A DNA stretch of 62,375 nt, filler included, from Chiloscyllium plagiosum (Eukaryota): assembly GCF_004010195.1 (NCBI RefSeq). It is 4 parts of one record of this genome, joined end to end, with 100 filler letters (N's around TTAATTAATTAA, not from the genome) between each part and the next. Parts side by side here need not be neighbours in the genome. Positions count along the whole stretch, not along the records: positions 22,769 to 44,886 come from NC_057717.1; positions 44,987 to 58,182 come from NC_057717.1; 2 more parts are not named here. One strand, given 5' to 3'. Below, one piece after another: positions 36,606 through 49,569 of this stretch. The position numbers were made by a program, and so were the translations under genes. The notes under the pieces were generated by a model. That model ran no database searches. It was not told the origin of the DNA and worked only from the letters and a program-made list of their open reading frames with translations. Positions within the stretch are counted from its first letter, which is position 1. Each line of letters starts with the position of its first letter.

Positions 36606-37801
36606 AAATAGCTGAAGCTCACGCATTTCAGGTAATAAATTAAATCGATTGAATATATTTAAATGTGTAAGAGTTATAACCCTATTTAATTGTTCAATCA
36701 TTGACTCACTCTGAATATTCAGTCAGCCAGATGTCAACCATTTTGCAAATGATAGAGCGACAACGTATGTATTTGAACACTGAGATTCAAAGTGTAATTG
36801 TGATCACCTAAATAGTACAAAACAAAATGTGCATTCTTTACTTTTGAATTATAAAAGATTGTTCGATGTTTATATTTTAATTCCATCAATATAGAATCAA
36901 CTTTATTGTTTTCAGAGATGACGCAGTTATTGTTCAGTTGAATAATTGTAGCTCATACCTTATTATTGCCCAATTCACAAACATGGTAAACTCCTGATTA
37001 TTGTTCAGGTCAGTAAACCCATCACTTTGCATCATGACCGACATTAAAAGTGGATTCCAAAAGAGTGAATTCGGGTACAGTACTACTGGACATCACAGCT
37101 GTATGTAGCACTGAGTGAGATGCTGGACTGCTCCTGAATCTGTTCAGAGAGTTACCATCCTGAGTCAGGGCAGTCATTCAAACTTTCCCTCACAGAGAAT
37201 CATTTGGAATCCACCTTGAGCAGGAGGAAAGAATCCAACAGGCTAACACTGCTCTCAGTGTAGGTACAAATGCTGTCTAAATTAGATACCAATGACTGAC
37301 CAGGAATCAGGTGTTACAAATTCATCCTCAGTCACAGCCTGGCCCAGCGAGCAGATGCATGGACATGGATTGTCAGAATCACACTGCACAATTACTTATG
37401 GTGATGATATCTGTCATGACCCCCAGACTCCACACATCTGCCCCTTGGACCAGACACTGTGTGAAAACGTTTACAATTGACAGTCTATTGCAGCATCTTG
37501 TGTCTCACAGTGAACCCTCTGAAACTATATCCAATAAATGTACATTCATATTCACCAGTATCAAAATAAAATTGTACATGTTTGTGGTTGGTCAGATATT
37601 AATTCATAGGTCACCCAGCAGAATGTATCTGAAGAAACCAGGAGCAAACGGCAAACTAAGAATCGTTTTAATAACTGAACTTGGTGGATTTTGTCTGGTC
37701 TAGGTAACCACACATATTGCGCTGCGACTTCGGTGAATGTAACAATGCACATCAAAACTGGAAGTCTTGGTCCAATGCCCCAATCGAGCTTCCAGACCTC
37801 A

Positions 37802-37867
37802 CACACCTCACTCCCTCGCACACCTCACTCCCTCGCACACCTCACTCCCTCGCACACCTCACTCCCT
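37802..37867 (+). repeat. 17-bp minisatellite (CACACCTCACTCCCTCG), about 3.9 copies
   Basis: Direct reading of perfect units. Confidence 0.95.
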
Positions 37868-37911
37868 AAAATAATCACCAACTGATGAGAATCCACAAAT
37901 TGCATGAAACT

Positions 37912-39465
37912 TGGAACACAGAACAGTACAGCACAGTAAGAGCCCTTCAGCTCTCAATGTTTTGCTGGCCTTTTATCCTACTCTTAGATTAGACTAACCT
38001 ACATAACCTTCAACGTACTAACTTCCATGTTACTATCCAAGAGTCTTCTTAACTATCCCTAATATATCTGACTCTACTACCACCGCTGGCGGTGCATTCC
38101 GCCCACCTACCACTCTCTGAATAAAGAACCTACCTCTGACATCTCCTCTACACCTTTCTCCAATCACCTTAAAGTTATGCCCCTTGTTAATAGCCAATTC
38201 TGCCCTGGGAAAAGGCTGTGGCTATCGACTCTAGCTATGTCTCTCTACATCTTGTCCACCTCTATCATGTCACATCTCAACCTTGTTCGCTCCAATGAGA
38301 AAAGCCCAAATCTCTCAACCTTTCCTCCAGTCCTGGCAGCATCCTGGTAGATTTGCTCTGCACACTCTCTGAGACTTCCACATGTTTCCTATAATGAGAC
38401 AACCAGAACTTAATACAATATTCTAAGTGTGGTTGAACCACAGCTTTATAGAGCTAGGCATTAACCTCGCTGCTCTTAATCTCAATGCCCCTGTTAATGA
38501 AAGCCAACACATCATACACCTTCTTAACAACCCTGCCACCTTGGATGGCAACTTTGTGGGATCTATGGACATGGAGCCCAATATCCCTCTGTCACTCCAC
38601 ACTGCCAAGTATTCTGTCTTTAACCCTGTATTATGCATGCAAATGCAACCTTCCAAAATAAATCGCTCCACAATTTTTAAGGTCGAACCGAATCTGATAT
38701 TTATCAGTCCAGCTCTACATCCTGTCAATGTCCTCTTGTAACCTATACCAACCCTCCACACTGTCTACAACTCCAGCAACCTTCATTTCATCGGCAAACT
38801 TATTAACCCACCATTCCACTTCCTCATCAAAGTCATTTATAAAAATCACCAAGAGCACAGGTCCCAGAGCGGATCCATGTGGAACACCATTGGTCACTGG
38901 TGTCCAGGCTGAATACTTTCCATCTGCTACCCACCCTCTGTCTTCTATAGGCCAGCCAAGTTCATATCCAGAAAGCCACATTTTCCTGATTTCCATGCCT
39001 CCTTACCTTCTGAATGTGCCTACAATGAGGAAACTTATCAAAAGCCTTGCTAAAATTCTTGTTCACCACATCTACTGATCTATCATCATCAACGTGGTTT
39101 TTCACATCTTCAAAGAACTCCATAAGGTTTCTGAGGGATGACCTGCTCCTGACAAAGCCATGCTGACTATCTCTAATCAAACTATGGTTTTCTAAGTAAT
39201 TGTAAATCCTGCCTCTCAGAATCGTCTCCAATCCTTTGCCCACCACCGATGTAAGACTGACTGTTCTGTCATTCCCATGGTTATCCCTATTCACTTCCTG
39301 AACAAAGGAATAACATTTGCCATCCTCCAACCATCTGGCAGAACTCCAGTGGACAATGAGGACGCAAAGGTTATCGCCAAAGGCACACCAAGCTCTCCCA
39401 TCACTTCCTGGAATAACCTCGGGTATACTGTATCTGACCCAGATTATTTATCTATCCTTATGTTT
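37912..39465 (-). mobile_element. CR1 LINE RT and 3' tail
   Basis: VSLTSVVGK, SQHGF, FSKAFDK, GVPHGSALGPVLLVIFINDFD, KFADE. Confidence 0.92.
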
Positions 39466-39629
39466 GTACTTCAATCAGTCTGTACTTCCCTTCCACTTTT
39501 CTATTCCCTGTCCAACCAACTGATTCACTGCTTTCCATTTCAATGCTATATACAGTGCTGCCTGCCTGAGTAAGTATGGTTCCCAACGTCCTGTGAATCA
39601 CAGAATGAAAAAAGAAGGAATGCACCAAT

Positions 39630-39725
39630 GCCTTCCTGATGAAGGGCTTATGCTCAAAACATCAACTCGCTTGCTCCTCGGATGCTGCCTGACCTGCTAT
39701 GTTTTTCCAGCACCACACTTTTAGA
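39630..39725 (+). mobile_element. Penelope pLTR fragment with degenerate hammerhead core
   Basis: CCTGATGAAGGGCTTATGCTCAAAACATC...GGATGCTGCCTGACCTGC...TCCAGCACCACACT. Confidence 0.75.
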
Positions 39726-39758
39726 CTGATAAGAAATAGTGAAGGACTGAAGAACTCC

Positions 39759-39785
39759 GAGGTACAGAGGTACAGAGGTACAGAG
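39759..39785 (+). repeat. Short tandem repeat (GAGGTACA)3
   Basis: Direct reading. Confidence 0.85.
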
Positions 39786-39809
39786 TATTCCAGGTGTTAT
39801 ATTCCAGCT

Positions 39810-40180
39810 TACGTTAATGCTGGGAATATTCTCAGACAGACTGATGTGGTAAGGGAATGAGTTGACATGTGGAGGTGTGACACTTTTGCCATCACAGAGA
39901 CGTGTTTTAGGGAGGTCAGGGCCAACAACTTAAACTGCACAATATTGGCTGGGCAGGAGAGGGTGTTGAAGAGGAGATGGCGTGTATTATTAATTAAGGA
40001 GTCAGTTACAGCGGTAAGGAAGGACAATATCTCAGAAGTGTCTTCAAATGAGGGTTTATCGGCCAAGGTTAGGATCAAAACGATGACAGAACACACTGCT
40101 GAGGATATTTTATATAACCCCAGAAAGATGAAAATACATGAGCAGATATTTAACCAATTCACTGAGGTGTCTAAGAATGC
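39810..40180 (+). mobile_element. CR1 APE endonuclease fragment
   Basis: CDTFAITETCF...GVLLIKES-like translation in ORF 39867..40298. Confidence 0.7.
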
Positions 40181-40480
40181 AAGGCTGGAGATGTTAGAGA
40201 TAGGAAAACAAAGCTGGAGATGTTACAGGTACAGGAAAGCATGGTCGAGACATAGCGTGGCCTATGCATGCGAGAACATGTTAGTGAGATATTTTTAAAT
40301 TCAATCACAGGATATAGGGAGAGGTGTAGCAGCTGGAAGTTATAGAGATAGGGAAGGATGTAGCGGCTGGCGGAATTTGCAGTGATAGATGGGTCTGGAG
40401 TATGAGATAAATATTGTGGAGATATGGAGGGTTACTGAGACACAGATGGATGTAGCGGCTGAAGGAGATGACAAGGAAAG
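40180..40480 (+). repeat. Degenerate purine-rich minisatellite (GCTGGAG..GTTACAGAGATAGGGA..GTGTAG)
   Basis: The motif recurs several times with divergence. Confidence 0.6.
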
Positions 40481-40792
40481 ATACAGATATACACGTAGAT
40501 TGTTGAAAAATGGAATTGAGCAATGTCTTAATAGAGAAAATATGATAGAAATCATTGGAATAGAGAAGGCACTGGGAGGAACTGAAGGAGTGAGACCTTG
40601 GAGTGTCCAATCACAAGAGAAAGAGAGTCAGTGTCATACAGCACAGGACAGGCCCTTCGGTTGACAGCAACACAAATAAATAGCCCTGCAGACCCCGGAA
40701 ACCCCTCCTTCCTAACGTCTGGGGGCAAGGGGTAGGTTTGGGAGAGGTGTCCTATAGACTGCTCAAGCAACAAGTTGACATAACAAAACCAG

Positions 40793-40966
40793 ACGGTGTC
40801 AGATTAAACACTGGCACAGAAACCTCCTGCAGACTCCCCTCCCTCAGCCTCACAGGATCAGATCAAGCACTGACACGGAAACCTCCTACTGACTCCCCTC
40901 CCTCAGCCTCACGGTGTCAGATCAAACACTGACACAGAAACTTCCTGCTGACACCCCTCCCTCAGC
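40793..40966 (+). repeat. ~59-bp tandem triplication inside the LINE endonuclease region
   Basis: Three units of TCAGATCAAACACTGACACAGAAACCTCCTGCTGACTCCCCTCCCTCAGC with few substitutions. Confidence 0.9.
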
Positions 40967-42499
40967 TGGTGGATCAGTGTCCCTCTACATTGAACAGCAC
41001 TTGGAGGAGGCACTGAGAGTGACAGAGCTGGAGAATGTATACTGGGTGGGCCATTTCAAACCCTACCAAGAGGGGATGAGCAGCAGCGAGGTGGTCGGGT
41101 CCAAAAGGACATAACTGCGAGACCGAGTCTGCACGGGGCGGGGGTGGGGATGGGGGAGGAATCGACTGAGATGGAGAAACATACTTGACCTCATTTCACC
41201 AATTTACTGGCTGAAGACACATTGATCAATGACCATATTGTGAACGGTGACTACCACACAGAGTATTCCTGGAGACAAAGTCCCACATTTATGCGTGTGT
41301 ATGTGTACACACATACATGCACGCACGTGTGAGGGATACTATCACCATGCTAAATGGGACAGATTTCGAAGCGATCTAGAACTCTGCAATGGCCTGTGTG
41401 AGGTGATTCGAGTCATTACCAACAGCAGCAGAATTGTACTCCAGCACAATTTTCACTGTCACTGCCTAGCATATGCTCCAGTTTACCCTGACCATCAGGC
41501 CAGGGGATAAACGATAAACCCTTGTTCAATGGAGAATACAGGAGGGCCTGCCAAGAGCAGCACCAGGTACACCTCACAATGAGGTGATGTTACCAGTCAA
41601 GACCACAGACTCACCAAATAGCATAAACAGCCGGTGACAGACAGATCTAACCAACAAATCAGATCTAATCTCTGCAATCCTGTCACATGAAATCAGGGTG
41701 AATTGTGTGGTCAATCAAACAACTCACTGGAGGAGGAGGATCCACAAATATCACTTCCTCAGTGATGGAAGAGGCCAGCACAACAATAGAAAAGATAAGG
41801 CTGAAACATTCACAACAACGTTCCGACAGAAGTATCGATGGGATGATCTATTTTAGTCTCCTCCAGATGGCAGTCGTCAGCTAATTCAATTCATTTTTGT
41901 TTGGTATCTCCAAGTGGCTGGAGGGATGGGATAATGCAAAGGCTGTGGGCCCTGACAACATTCCATTCAAGCTGTCCTGCATGGATATTGTACTGGGACT
42001 TAACTGACAATGTGCGAAACTATCCAGGTGGGTCCTATACACACACAGGCAAAACATCAGACAATCAATGACTGCCCCATTGTTCTAATCCCTATCACTA
42101 ATAAAGTGTTGCATAGTTATTGGAATCTGCAGTGGGATCAAGTAGCATTTCCTCAGCACCAACCTGCTCACTGAAGCTCAGTTTGGGCTCTGCCAGGGCC
42201 ACTCATCCCTTGGGCTCATTGAAGTCTTGGTTTAACGATGTACAACAAGAAAACACATAGCTGAATTCTACAGGTGAGGCGACAGTGACTGCACTTTTAA
42301 CATTATCTTAACTGCATTTGACCAAGTGTCATATCCAGTATTAACGGCAAACTGGAGCAAATAGGTCTCATCTGCACTCGCTGAAGTTATACCTGGCACA
42401 AATGACGGTGGTTGGGGTTGGTGGAGAGCAGCCATCTTAGCTCCAGGACAGCTCTGCAGCAGTTCCCCAGGGGCGGGGTTTCTGGGTAAGCCTGTAAAT

Positions 42500-42855
42500 C
42501 AGAAATGGAAAGGTAAGGCACCATACTCCTACGGGATGATCGGGCTGCTCTCTCGTTAGACAGAGACAACTGGTGGTAGTTTAACTGGACAGTCATCATG
42601 CCTCAAGTAAGGGAGAGGTTGAGTAGGACATTCCTTTAGTCACCCCAGTCAGTGCAGTAATTGAACCCACACTGTTGGCATTAATATCTAGCCGTCTAAC
42701 TGATTGAGCTAACCAAGTCCTCACTCAGCTCCTTGGGGAAGATACTGTACTATTATCCCATTCAGATATGTTGTTAAACACCTCTGGAGCAGGTGGAACT
42801 AGAAGCAAACTTCCTAAATCAGAGAGAGGGACAGTATCAGCGAGCTGTAAGAGTG
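42500..42855 (-). mobile_element. Two tRNA-headed SINE remnants nested in the LINE
   Basis: The minus strand has GGTTAGCTCAATCAG...GTGGGTTCAATTAC (A/B boxes; 42500-42716) and a second degraded head at ~42750-42855. The LINE resumes afterwards. Confidence 0.6.
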
Positions 42856-43204
42856 GTCTCTGCCCGAGGCCCAATCATAAATCACCATCCCGAGAGAGGA
42901 AATTCACAAGTGGGCATGTTTGCCATTGATGTTTGCCAATGTTCAATGCCATTCATGATTTACTCAGATACTGAAGTAGACCTTGTCTAAATGCAACAAG
43001 GACCCGGAAATATGCAGGTGTGTGCTTAAAAGTGACAAGTACAATTTCCATTACACATGTACCAGACAACAATTACCTATAGCAATAGAAAATTGAACAA
43101 TATACTCTAATGTTCAATGCCACCACCATCACTGAACACCCAACTAGCAATATCCTGGGGTTTACCGTTAACCTCAACTGGACTGACCATATGATTTTAT
43201 TACC

Positions 43205-43295
43205 CATTCCTGTGAAGGGCTTATGCTAAAACATCGACTCTCCTGTACCTCAGATGTGGCCTGACCTGTTATGCTTTACCAGCGCCACACTTTGA
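43205..43295 (+). mobile_element. Penelope pLTR fragment (hammerhead core broken)
   Basis: CCTGTGAAGGGCTTATGCTAAAACATCGACTCTCCTG...CCAGCGCCACACT. Confidence 0.7.
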
Positions 43296-44089
43296 CGGAT
43301 GTAAATTAATTGGCCACAAGAATATGTCAGGGGCTAGGAATCCTGCAGAAATAACTCACTTCATGGTCTCCGAAAGCGTGTCCCCCATCGAAATACCCCC
43401 CATTTCCTTGGGTGAGTGCAGCTTCACCCATCATCCACTGACACTCAGTAGTAGCAATACCTGCCATCTACACTGTGCTCTGCAGAAATTTAACAAGGCT
43501 CCTTACAACGTACCTCTGAAGCCGGACCATCAAGAGGGACAAGGGAAGCAGATACATGGGACCCCCCACCATGTTCGCGTTCTGTTCCAAGCCACCCACC
43601 ATCCTTATTGGGAAGTATATTGCTGTTTCTTCAGTGTCACTGTTTCAAGGTCCCTCCCGAATGGTATTGGAAGTCAAACTACAACACACAGACTCCCGTG
43701 GTTCAGTGCGGCAGCTCACAACCTCCTTCTCAAGGGCAACAAGGGACGAAAAATAAATACTGGCCCAATCATATTCTATGAATAAACTAAAATGAAAAAA
43801 TATTGTCCAAACATGCCCAATGTTGGACACTATGCTCTGGGTTTTGTGAGCTCAGGCTGGTTGGGTTCAGTCCGTAACTTGCTTGTTGTGAATAGCTGAA
43901 GGGTTAATCTGTCAGTCTCTCAGAGGCATGGCCTACATACCGAACATCACATAGACATTGACATTCACACACAACATTACTGAGCTCTGAGATAAACATA
44001 AGCAATTCAAAATGTACTCATATCTGACTAACATGTTTAAACACACAGTGAAATTGTTACCACAAAAATGATTGTGATTGAATATTACC

Positions 44090-44190
44090 ATGGAGAAAGT
44101 GAGCACTGCAGATGCTGAAGATCAGAGTAAAGAAATGTGGTTCTGAAAAAGCACAGCCATTCAGGCAGCATCTGAGGAGCAGGAGAGTGG
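44090..44190 (-). mobile_element. Penelope pLTR fragment
   Basis: GGAGAAAGTGAGCACTGCAGATGCTG...GGCAGCATCTGAGGAGCAGGAG, antisense to the pLTR segments at ~34510 and ~53550. Confidence 0.75.
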
Positions 44191-44886
44191 ATTATTAGTT
44201 CACAATATTAATACAAAGGAAAATAATTGCATATTTTCAAAGTTCTTGCACTTAATAATAAGGTGGTCTTGGGTGTGGGAATGAGATTCACCATTTCAAT
44301 GCTCCTTACTGTGAGTTGGGCACTGTTTTCATCATATTGTTGTTATAAAAGTGAACAGAATAAATGGGTGAATTTTGTGCATATTGGACAATCTAAATGT
44401 TTGTATTATGAAAGAATGTCGGACCTTCAGTAAAGAGACTTTGCTGTTAATAGTTAGAACAATGCTGCAAACATGTAAACAGAAATTTCCAGCTCAAGTC
44501 ACACACAAGGATGTTGGGCTGGGATCACGCTGGCCATCAATGGAGCAGCACAATTCTGTCTGGACACTGACATTTTGGGGCTAACATACCCTGGATATGG
44601 TTTATGAGGGATTCAATGTAAGATGCCATGTGCTGCAAGAGTCCATTACCTTTATAACACCTTCATTCAGGATCGGGTCCAAGGTGTAGAATTACAGAGT
44701 TTAGGTGGCACACAAGAAGAGATCTACTTGCAAGACATGGCTATTTGCAGGTCGTTGTTTTAAATGTTGAACTGCGTCTGGAGCAGCGCCATGTGCTAGT
44801 CCATTGACCAGTCTGCCCCACACACATCTCCCTGTTGTTCAGGTATGTCTCTAACCAGTCTATTGTGAGGGATTATGTGAGTAACT

Positions 44887-44986
44887 NNNNNNNNNNNNNN
44901 NNNNNNNNNNNNNNNNNNNNNNNNNNNNNNTTAATTAATTAANNNNNNNNNNNNNNNNNNNNNNNNNNNNNNNNNNNNNNNNNNNN
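44887..44986. other. Artificial scaffold join
   Basis: N44-TTAATTAATTAA-N44. Confidence 0.95.
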
Positions 44987-45760
44987 TCCCCCTCACTGTC
45001 ACCCATCTATCTGCCATCTTTGGAGTTACTACTTCCCTAAAGCTCCGATCTATGACCCCCTCTGCCTCCCGAATGATCCTAAGTTCATCCAACTCCAGCT
45101 CCAGTTCCCAAACGCGGCCTTGGAGGAGCTGGAGATGGGTGCACTTCCTGCAAGTGTTATCAGCAGGGACGTCCATGGCATCCCTCACCTCAAACATGTT
45201 GCAAGAGGAACATTGCACTGCCTTCACTGCCATCCCTCTGAAAGTAACCTTTTATTTAAAAAACTGGGTCTAAAGAATACAACAAGCAAAATGCAGCACT
45301 TACCTACTTACCACAACGGGTCTTATTATTTAGGTTAGAGGAGGAGGGCGGGTGGGGGACACTACCTCTGTAGTGTCTCGGGTTCTTCTCCTGCGCGCTT
45401 TTAAAGGGAAAAAAAGGGAAATAAACCTACCCGGCTGCCCCTCCGGTCTTCGTCACTTCCCCCTGCTGCTCCCGCTCTTTCTGTAAAGAGAGAAAAACAC
45501 ACCGCTGCCCGCTACCGGTAAGTAATTTTAAAACAAACTGTCTTAACTTAGCTGCTGCTCGCACTTAAAGTGACCGTTGGCGTCGAAGGGTGAGTATTTA
45601 TACTCACTGCTTTCCTTCCCGGCTGCCCCTCCGGTCTTCGTCACTTCCCCCTGCTGCTCCCGCTCTTTCTGTAAAGAGAGAAAAACACACCCCTGCCCGC
45701 TACCGGTAAGTAATTTTAAAACAAACTGTCTTACCTTAGCTGCTGCTCGCACTCAAAGTT
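44987..45760 (-). mobile_element. 5' end of a young CR1 LINE (5'UTR and ORF1 N-terminus)
   Basis: Open ORF from 45233(-): MAVKAVQCSSC...CRKC...LELELDELRIIREAE (C4 zinc finger plus coiled coil), homologous to the ORF1 start at 50413(+). Confidence 0.88.
45430..45759 (-). repeat. Tandem 5'UTR monomers (period 188 bp; ~140 bp nearly identical)
   Basis: 45430-45571 repeats at 45618-45759. CpG-rich, contains GGAAGTGACG on the minus strand. Confidence 0.92.
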
Positions 45761-47069
45761 GTGAGGGAGAATGATGGATGTTATCTTTTCGTAGGCTTGA
45801 AGATCCTGCTTTGTTGTCCGTTTACTATGCTGTAACCATCTCTCCCAAAATCCCTCCACCCCCGCAAAAGTAACACAACCAGGATGTTGTTACTGTGCTG
45901 TCCTCTCCTCCACGGGAACAAACGCCAGCTAACAGACTGTCACTGGGCACAGTTGCCCTGAATATAGACAGGAAGTGTGGACTTCTCTGAATGTTCCTCT
46001 CACTGCTGTAATAAGCCAACTGTGGAACTTCCATAGGGAATATGCCTCAGTAATTTATTTATATAAATTGACAAACTTCTTTATTTTGTGTAAAACCGTA
46101 TTATTTACGCATTTTGGCCTCAATCCAAAACCAAAAGTGATAATTACAATGAACTTATTCATTAAGACTTAATGAGTCAGGTTCGAATGAACATAACATT
46201 GGCTGGGAGATAGGACAGAATGGGGATAGTGGCTGGGGAGACTGCATGGGGAGTACAATGATACTCCCCAGTCATTATCACTCTTTCTGCCAGACAGAAT
46301 TAAATCTAATGCACAAAATGGAAACAGCCGACATTTGGGAGATACAATGCTGAATGATAATGTGAACTAAACAGGATAATATTAAATGTGATAAAGTGAA
46401 CTATATTGTATATACACACCATTTAATAATTGGGAATACAGATTGAGTCGGATCACTGGACCAGAAACATTAACTTTGATTTCTCTTCACAGACACTGGA
46501 GACTTGCTGAGCTTGTCCTCTAAGTTCTGTTTTTTTTTTGTTTGAGTTTGATCATATTGTTCATATCTGGCAGGATACTTAAAATTAAAAGCAGACACTA
46601 ATAACAAAATATGAAGGGCAATGGGGACATTACAGTAGACTAACTGTAGAAATATAGTCATTCCAAGCTGGAAGAGAAAATGGGCTGAGTTTCCCCCACT
46701 TTTGCTGTAAAGAATTCTGTGATATGTAATCAAAGCCTTTGGAGAGGGGGTAGACAAGCTAGTTCAACGATGGACACAGAGTGCTCTACCATCAATAATT
46801 TATTCCTGTTATCTCATGAAATTTCAGCTGCCTCTCAAATGTCTTTTCAAACAAAGTGGAGTTCCTGAGATTTACAGGATAATCAGAAAAAATATTCTTT
46901 TTTTTCCTTTGAATCTTAAAGAAGAAACAGATTTCGACCGTAACATTGGTATCACAGACACACCAACTATAATAGGAACAGGAAATGACTCTATTGTCCA
47001 TATATAACCACATTCAGCATGTAACCCTATCAAGAAACATGAAATATAGTGATACCGAAGCATGAAACA

Positions 47070-47250
47070 CAAATAAAAGTGGTGGAGAAACGCAACAGAT
47101 GAGGAAGTATCTGCAGAGAGAAACAGTTAATATACCGAATATGATGTGACACTGTTCTGAAAAAGTCATATTGGAATCAAAGGTTAATTCTGTGTATCTC
47201 TGCTCAGAGAGTGCCAGACCAGCTGAGTTTCGCTCGATCGATTTTTTTCC
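47070..47250. mobile_element. Fold-back Penelope-terminus-derived short element
   Basis: Two opposed pLTR-like halves. Aligns with the reverse complement of 62198-62375. Confidence 0.6.
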
Positions 47251-47329
47251 TTCTGAACTGTGACAAATTGACTGATCTGAACGACATAAGCAAAGCTGCT
47301 ATCTCATTTGAATCTCGAGTAATTTGTAA

Positions 47330-49340
47330 CCAAAAGAGAAAGTGCTGGAAAATCTCAGCAGGACTGGCAGTATCAGGAAGGAGAGAAAAGAGCTGACGTT
47401 TCGAGTCTAACTGCCTCTGGGCAGAGAAATCAGAATTAAAGTTTCTAGTTCAGCGGCCCTTCCTCAGAACGGATGGTAGCCCTGAAAATGTTGATTTATA
47501 TGCAGAAGAGGCTGAATAGCTGTTAATGGAGACTGTGCGTAGCTAACAATAGGGGTGAGTAATGGAAGACTAAGTGAGTACTAGGCCTGGTGGAATGGGT
47601 AGGGGGCATTGAGGAGTTCAGTTCCTAAAATTATTGAATTTTTTTTTATTATTCTGAAGAGCTACAGGGTCCGCCCACGGAAAATGAGGTGTTGTTGTTC
47701 CATCTTGCGTTGAAACGTCCTGGAACACTGCAGCAAGTCTGACGCAGAGATATTAGCCAAGGAGCAGGATGGGGTATTAAACTGGCAAGAAACGGGAAAA
47801 TCGGAGTCTTTTGCATCGGTACAGCTTGGATATACTGTGAAGTGTTCACCCAGTCTACCTTTAGTTTCTCTAATGTAGAGCAGATCACAATGTGAGGAGG
47901 GAATGTAGTAGACTGGATTGTTGGAAATGTTGATAGGATGCTGCTTCACCTGGAAGGTATGTTTGGCCCTTGGATAGTGAGGAGAGACGAGATAAATGGG
48001 AAAGTATAACACCTCTGGCAGGAGAAAGTGTAGTGGACCCGTGGTTGGGAGTGGGGGAGGTGGGGAGGAGATGTGGACAGTGAATAGCGAGCGGACCAGG
48101 GTGTCCTGGAGGAAATGGTCACTCCAGAAGGCAGTAAAAGGGCGAGGAGGCAAATATGTGACTGGTGGTGGTATCTCGCTGGAGGTGGGGAAATGCAGAC
48201 TGATGATCTTATGCATGTAAATGCTGGTGGGATGGTAGGTAAGGACAGGAAGAACTCTTACGCTGTTGCAGGAGGGAGGAGTGAGGGTGAGGGTAGAAGT
48301 GCAGGAGGTGGGTCAGAACTGGTTGAGAGCCCTGTCGACAAAAGTACTGGGGAATTCTCGGTTGAGGAAGAAGGTTGACATTTCAGAGGCCACATTTTTG
48401 AAGTTGACATCATCAGAAGCAATGCAGTTGAGAGGGTGGAACTGGGGGAATGAAATGAAGTCTTTGCAGAAAACAGGATGAGAGGGTGCATACTCTAGGT
48501 AGCTGTGGGAGTCAGTGGCTTAATAGTGGATATCAGTGACCCATCTATCGCCAGAAATAGAAGCAGAGAAGTCGAGGAAAGAAAGGGAGGAGTTAGAGAT
48601 AGACCAGGTGAAAGTGAGGGAGAAATGAAAATTGGAAACGATTAACTTTTCCAATTCTGGACAAGAAAGAGGAGGAGCAGCTATGATATCATCTATGTAT
48701 CGGAGAAATAGTTGTGGATAGGGGCTAGAATAGAACTGGAACAAGCAATGGTCTATGTACCCCATGAAGGAACAGGTATAACTTCGGCCCACGTGTGCAT
48801 CCATACACCCCCTCTGTATATCAGGAGCAAGCTGAAGCAATGGGTCTGCCCAGTCAGTTCTGCTTGTGGATTTTCAGGAGGACATAAAAGCGAGCTCTGC
48901 TATCAGAAGACCATCAGCTTCGGGACTGTTATGTGGGGGCGAGTGGGTGGGAATCTCCAGATGAAATGTTGTCAGATTTAGTTAATAAAATGGCCTGATG
49001 TGCCATGGCAGGGTTATGGAACAGCAGGTGACCTGTGGAGGTGTCTGAGAGCTGGCAGTCAGCCTCTGAAATGGAGAGGTGAGTCCACCATACTACAGCA
49101 GCACCACCCTTATCGGCACAGGCTGAATAACACAGTCTGGGTTTGATCGAAGCTTACAGCATACAGTCTGTTCAGAGAGTGATAGGTTGGATAGGATGAC
49201 GGGGATGCAAAGAAATTAAAACAGCCAGTGTCACATTGAAAGTTCTCAAAGAACAGATTGAGTCAAAGTAAACGCCAGAGGAATGGGTCTAGGTGGAGGG
49301 AGAGTGTTGGAGCGAGGTTCCAAGTGAGCAGGTCAATGAA
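47330..49340 (-). mobile_element. Penelope-like retroelement (RT plus GIY-YIG endonuclease), decayed
   Basis: RT SYTCSFMGY...FLRYIDDII...SFLD (48520..48840). GIY-YIG NPVYYIPSSHCDLLYIRETKGRLGEHF and MEQQHLIFR (47662..48216). pLTR with CTGAGGA...GAAAC at ~47435-47470(-). Confidence 0.9.
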
Positions 49341-49569
49341 GGTCCTAAAAATATAGAAAGTGGAGGGCTAAACTTAAAAAGTCAGCGGAAGAGCAGGAGG
49401 AGGGATGATAAAACATTAGCGGGTAAGATTAGCAAGAATCTAAATTCATTTTTTTTTCTTTATTAAGGGGAAGACGATAACGTGGGAAAGAATGCGAGTG
49501 TTATGGACTAGGGGGACAGTCTGTCCACAGAGACAGAGAATATGTTAAATACATTCTACGGATAGATCT

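Larger units (their letters stand above)
40660..43790 (+). mobile_element. Long decayed L2/CR1-group LINE ORF2 with nested insertions
   Basis: GEVSYRLLKQQVDI, IEQHLEEALRV...YWVGHF, YHHAKWDRFRSDL, KAVGPDNI, CAGTTTGGGCTCTGCCAGGGCCACTC, VGMFA, and tail CCTTCTCAAGGGCAA...AATAAATACTGGCC. Confidence 0.8.

Noticed and set aside
37050..37214. 12-bp inverted repeat GTGGATTCCAAA / TTTGGAATCCAC
   Set aside because: Short, does not extend, and has no TSD, so it cannot be distinguished from chance.
44044..44070. RSS-like motif CACAGTG-11 bp-ACAAAAATG
   Set aside because: The spacer is 11 bp and the nonamer matches 7/9. There is no adjacent V-type YYC end, J motif or opposing RSS, so a single hit is compatible with chance.
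46872..47072. Transmembrane-exon-like minus-strand peptide PIIVGVSVIPML
   Set aside because: The hydrophobic stretch is too short and no linked exons were found.
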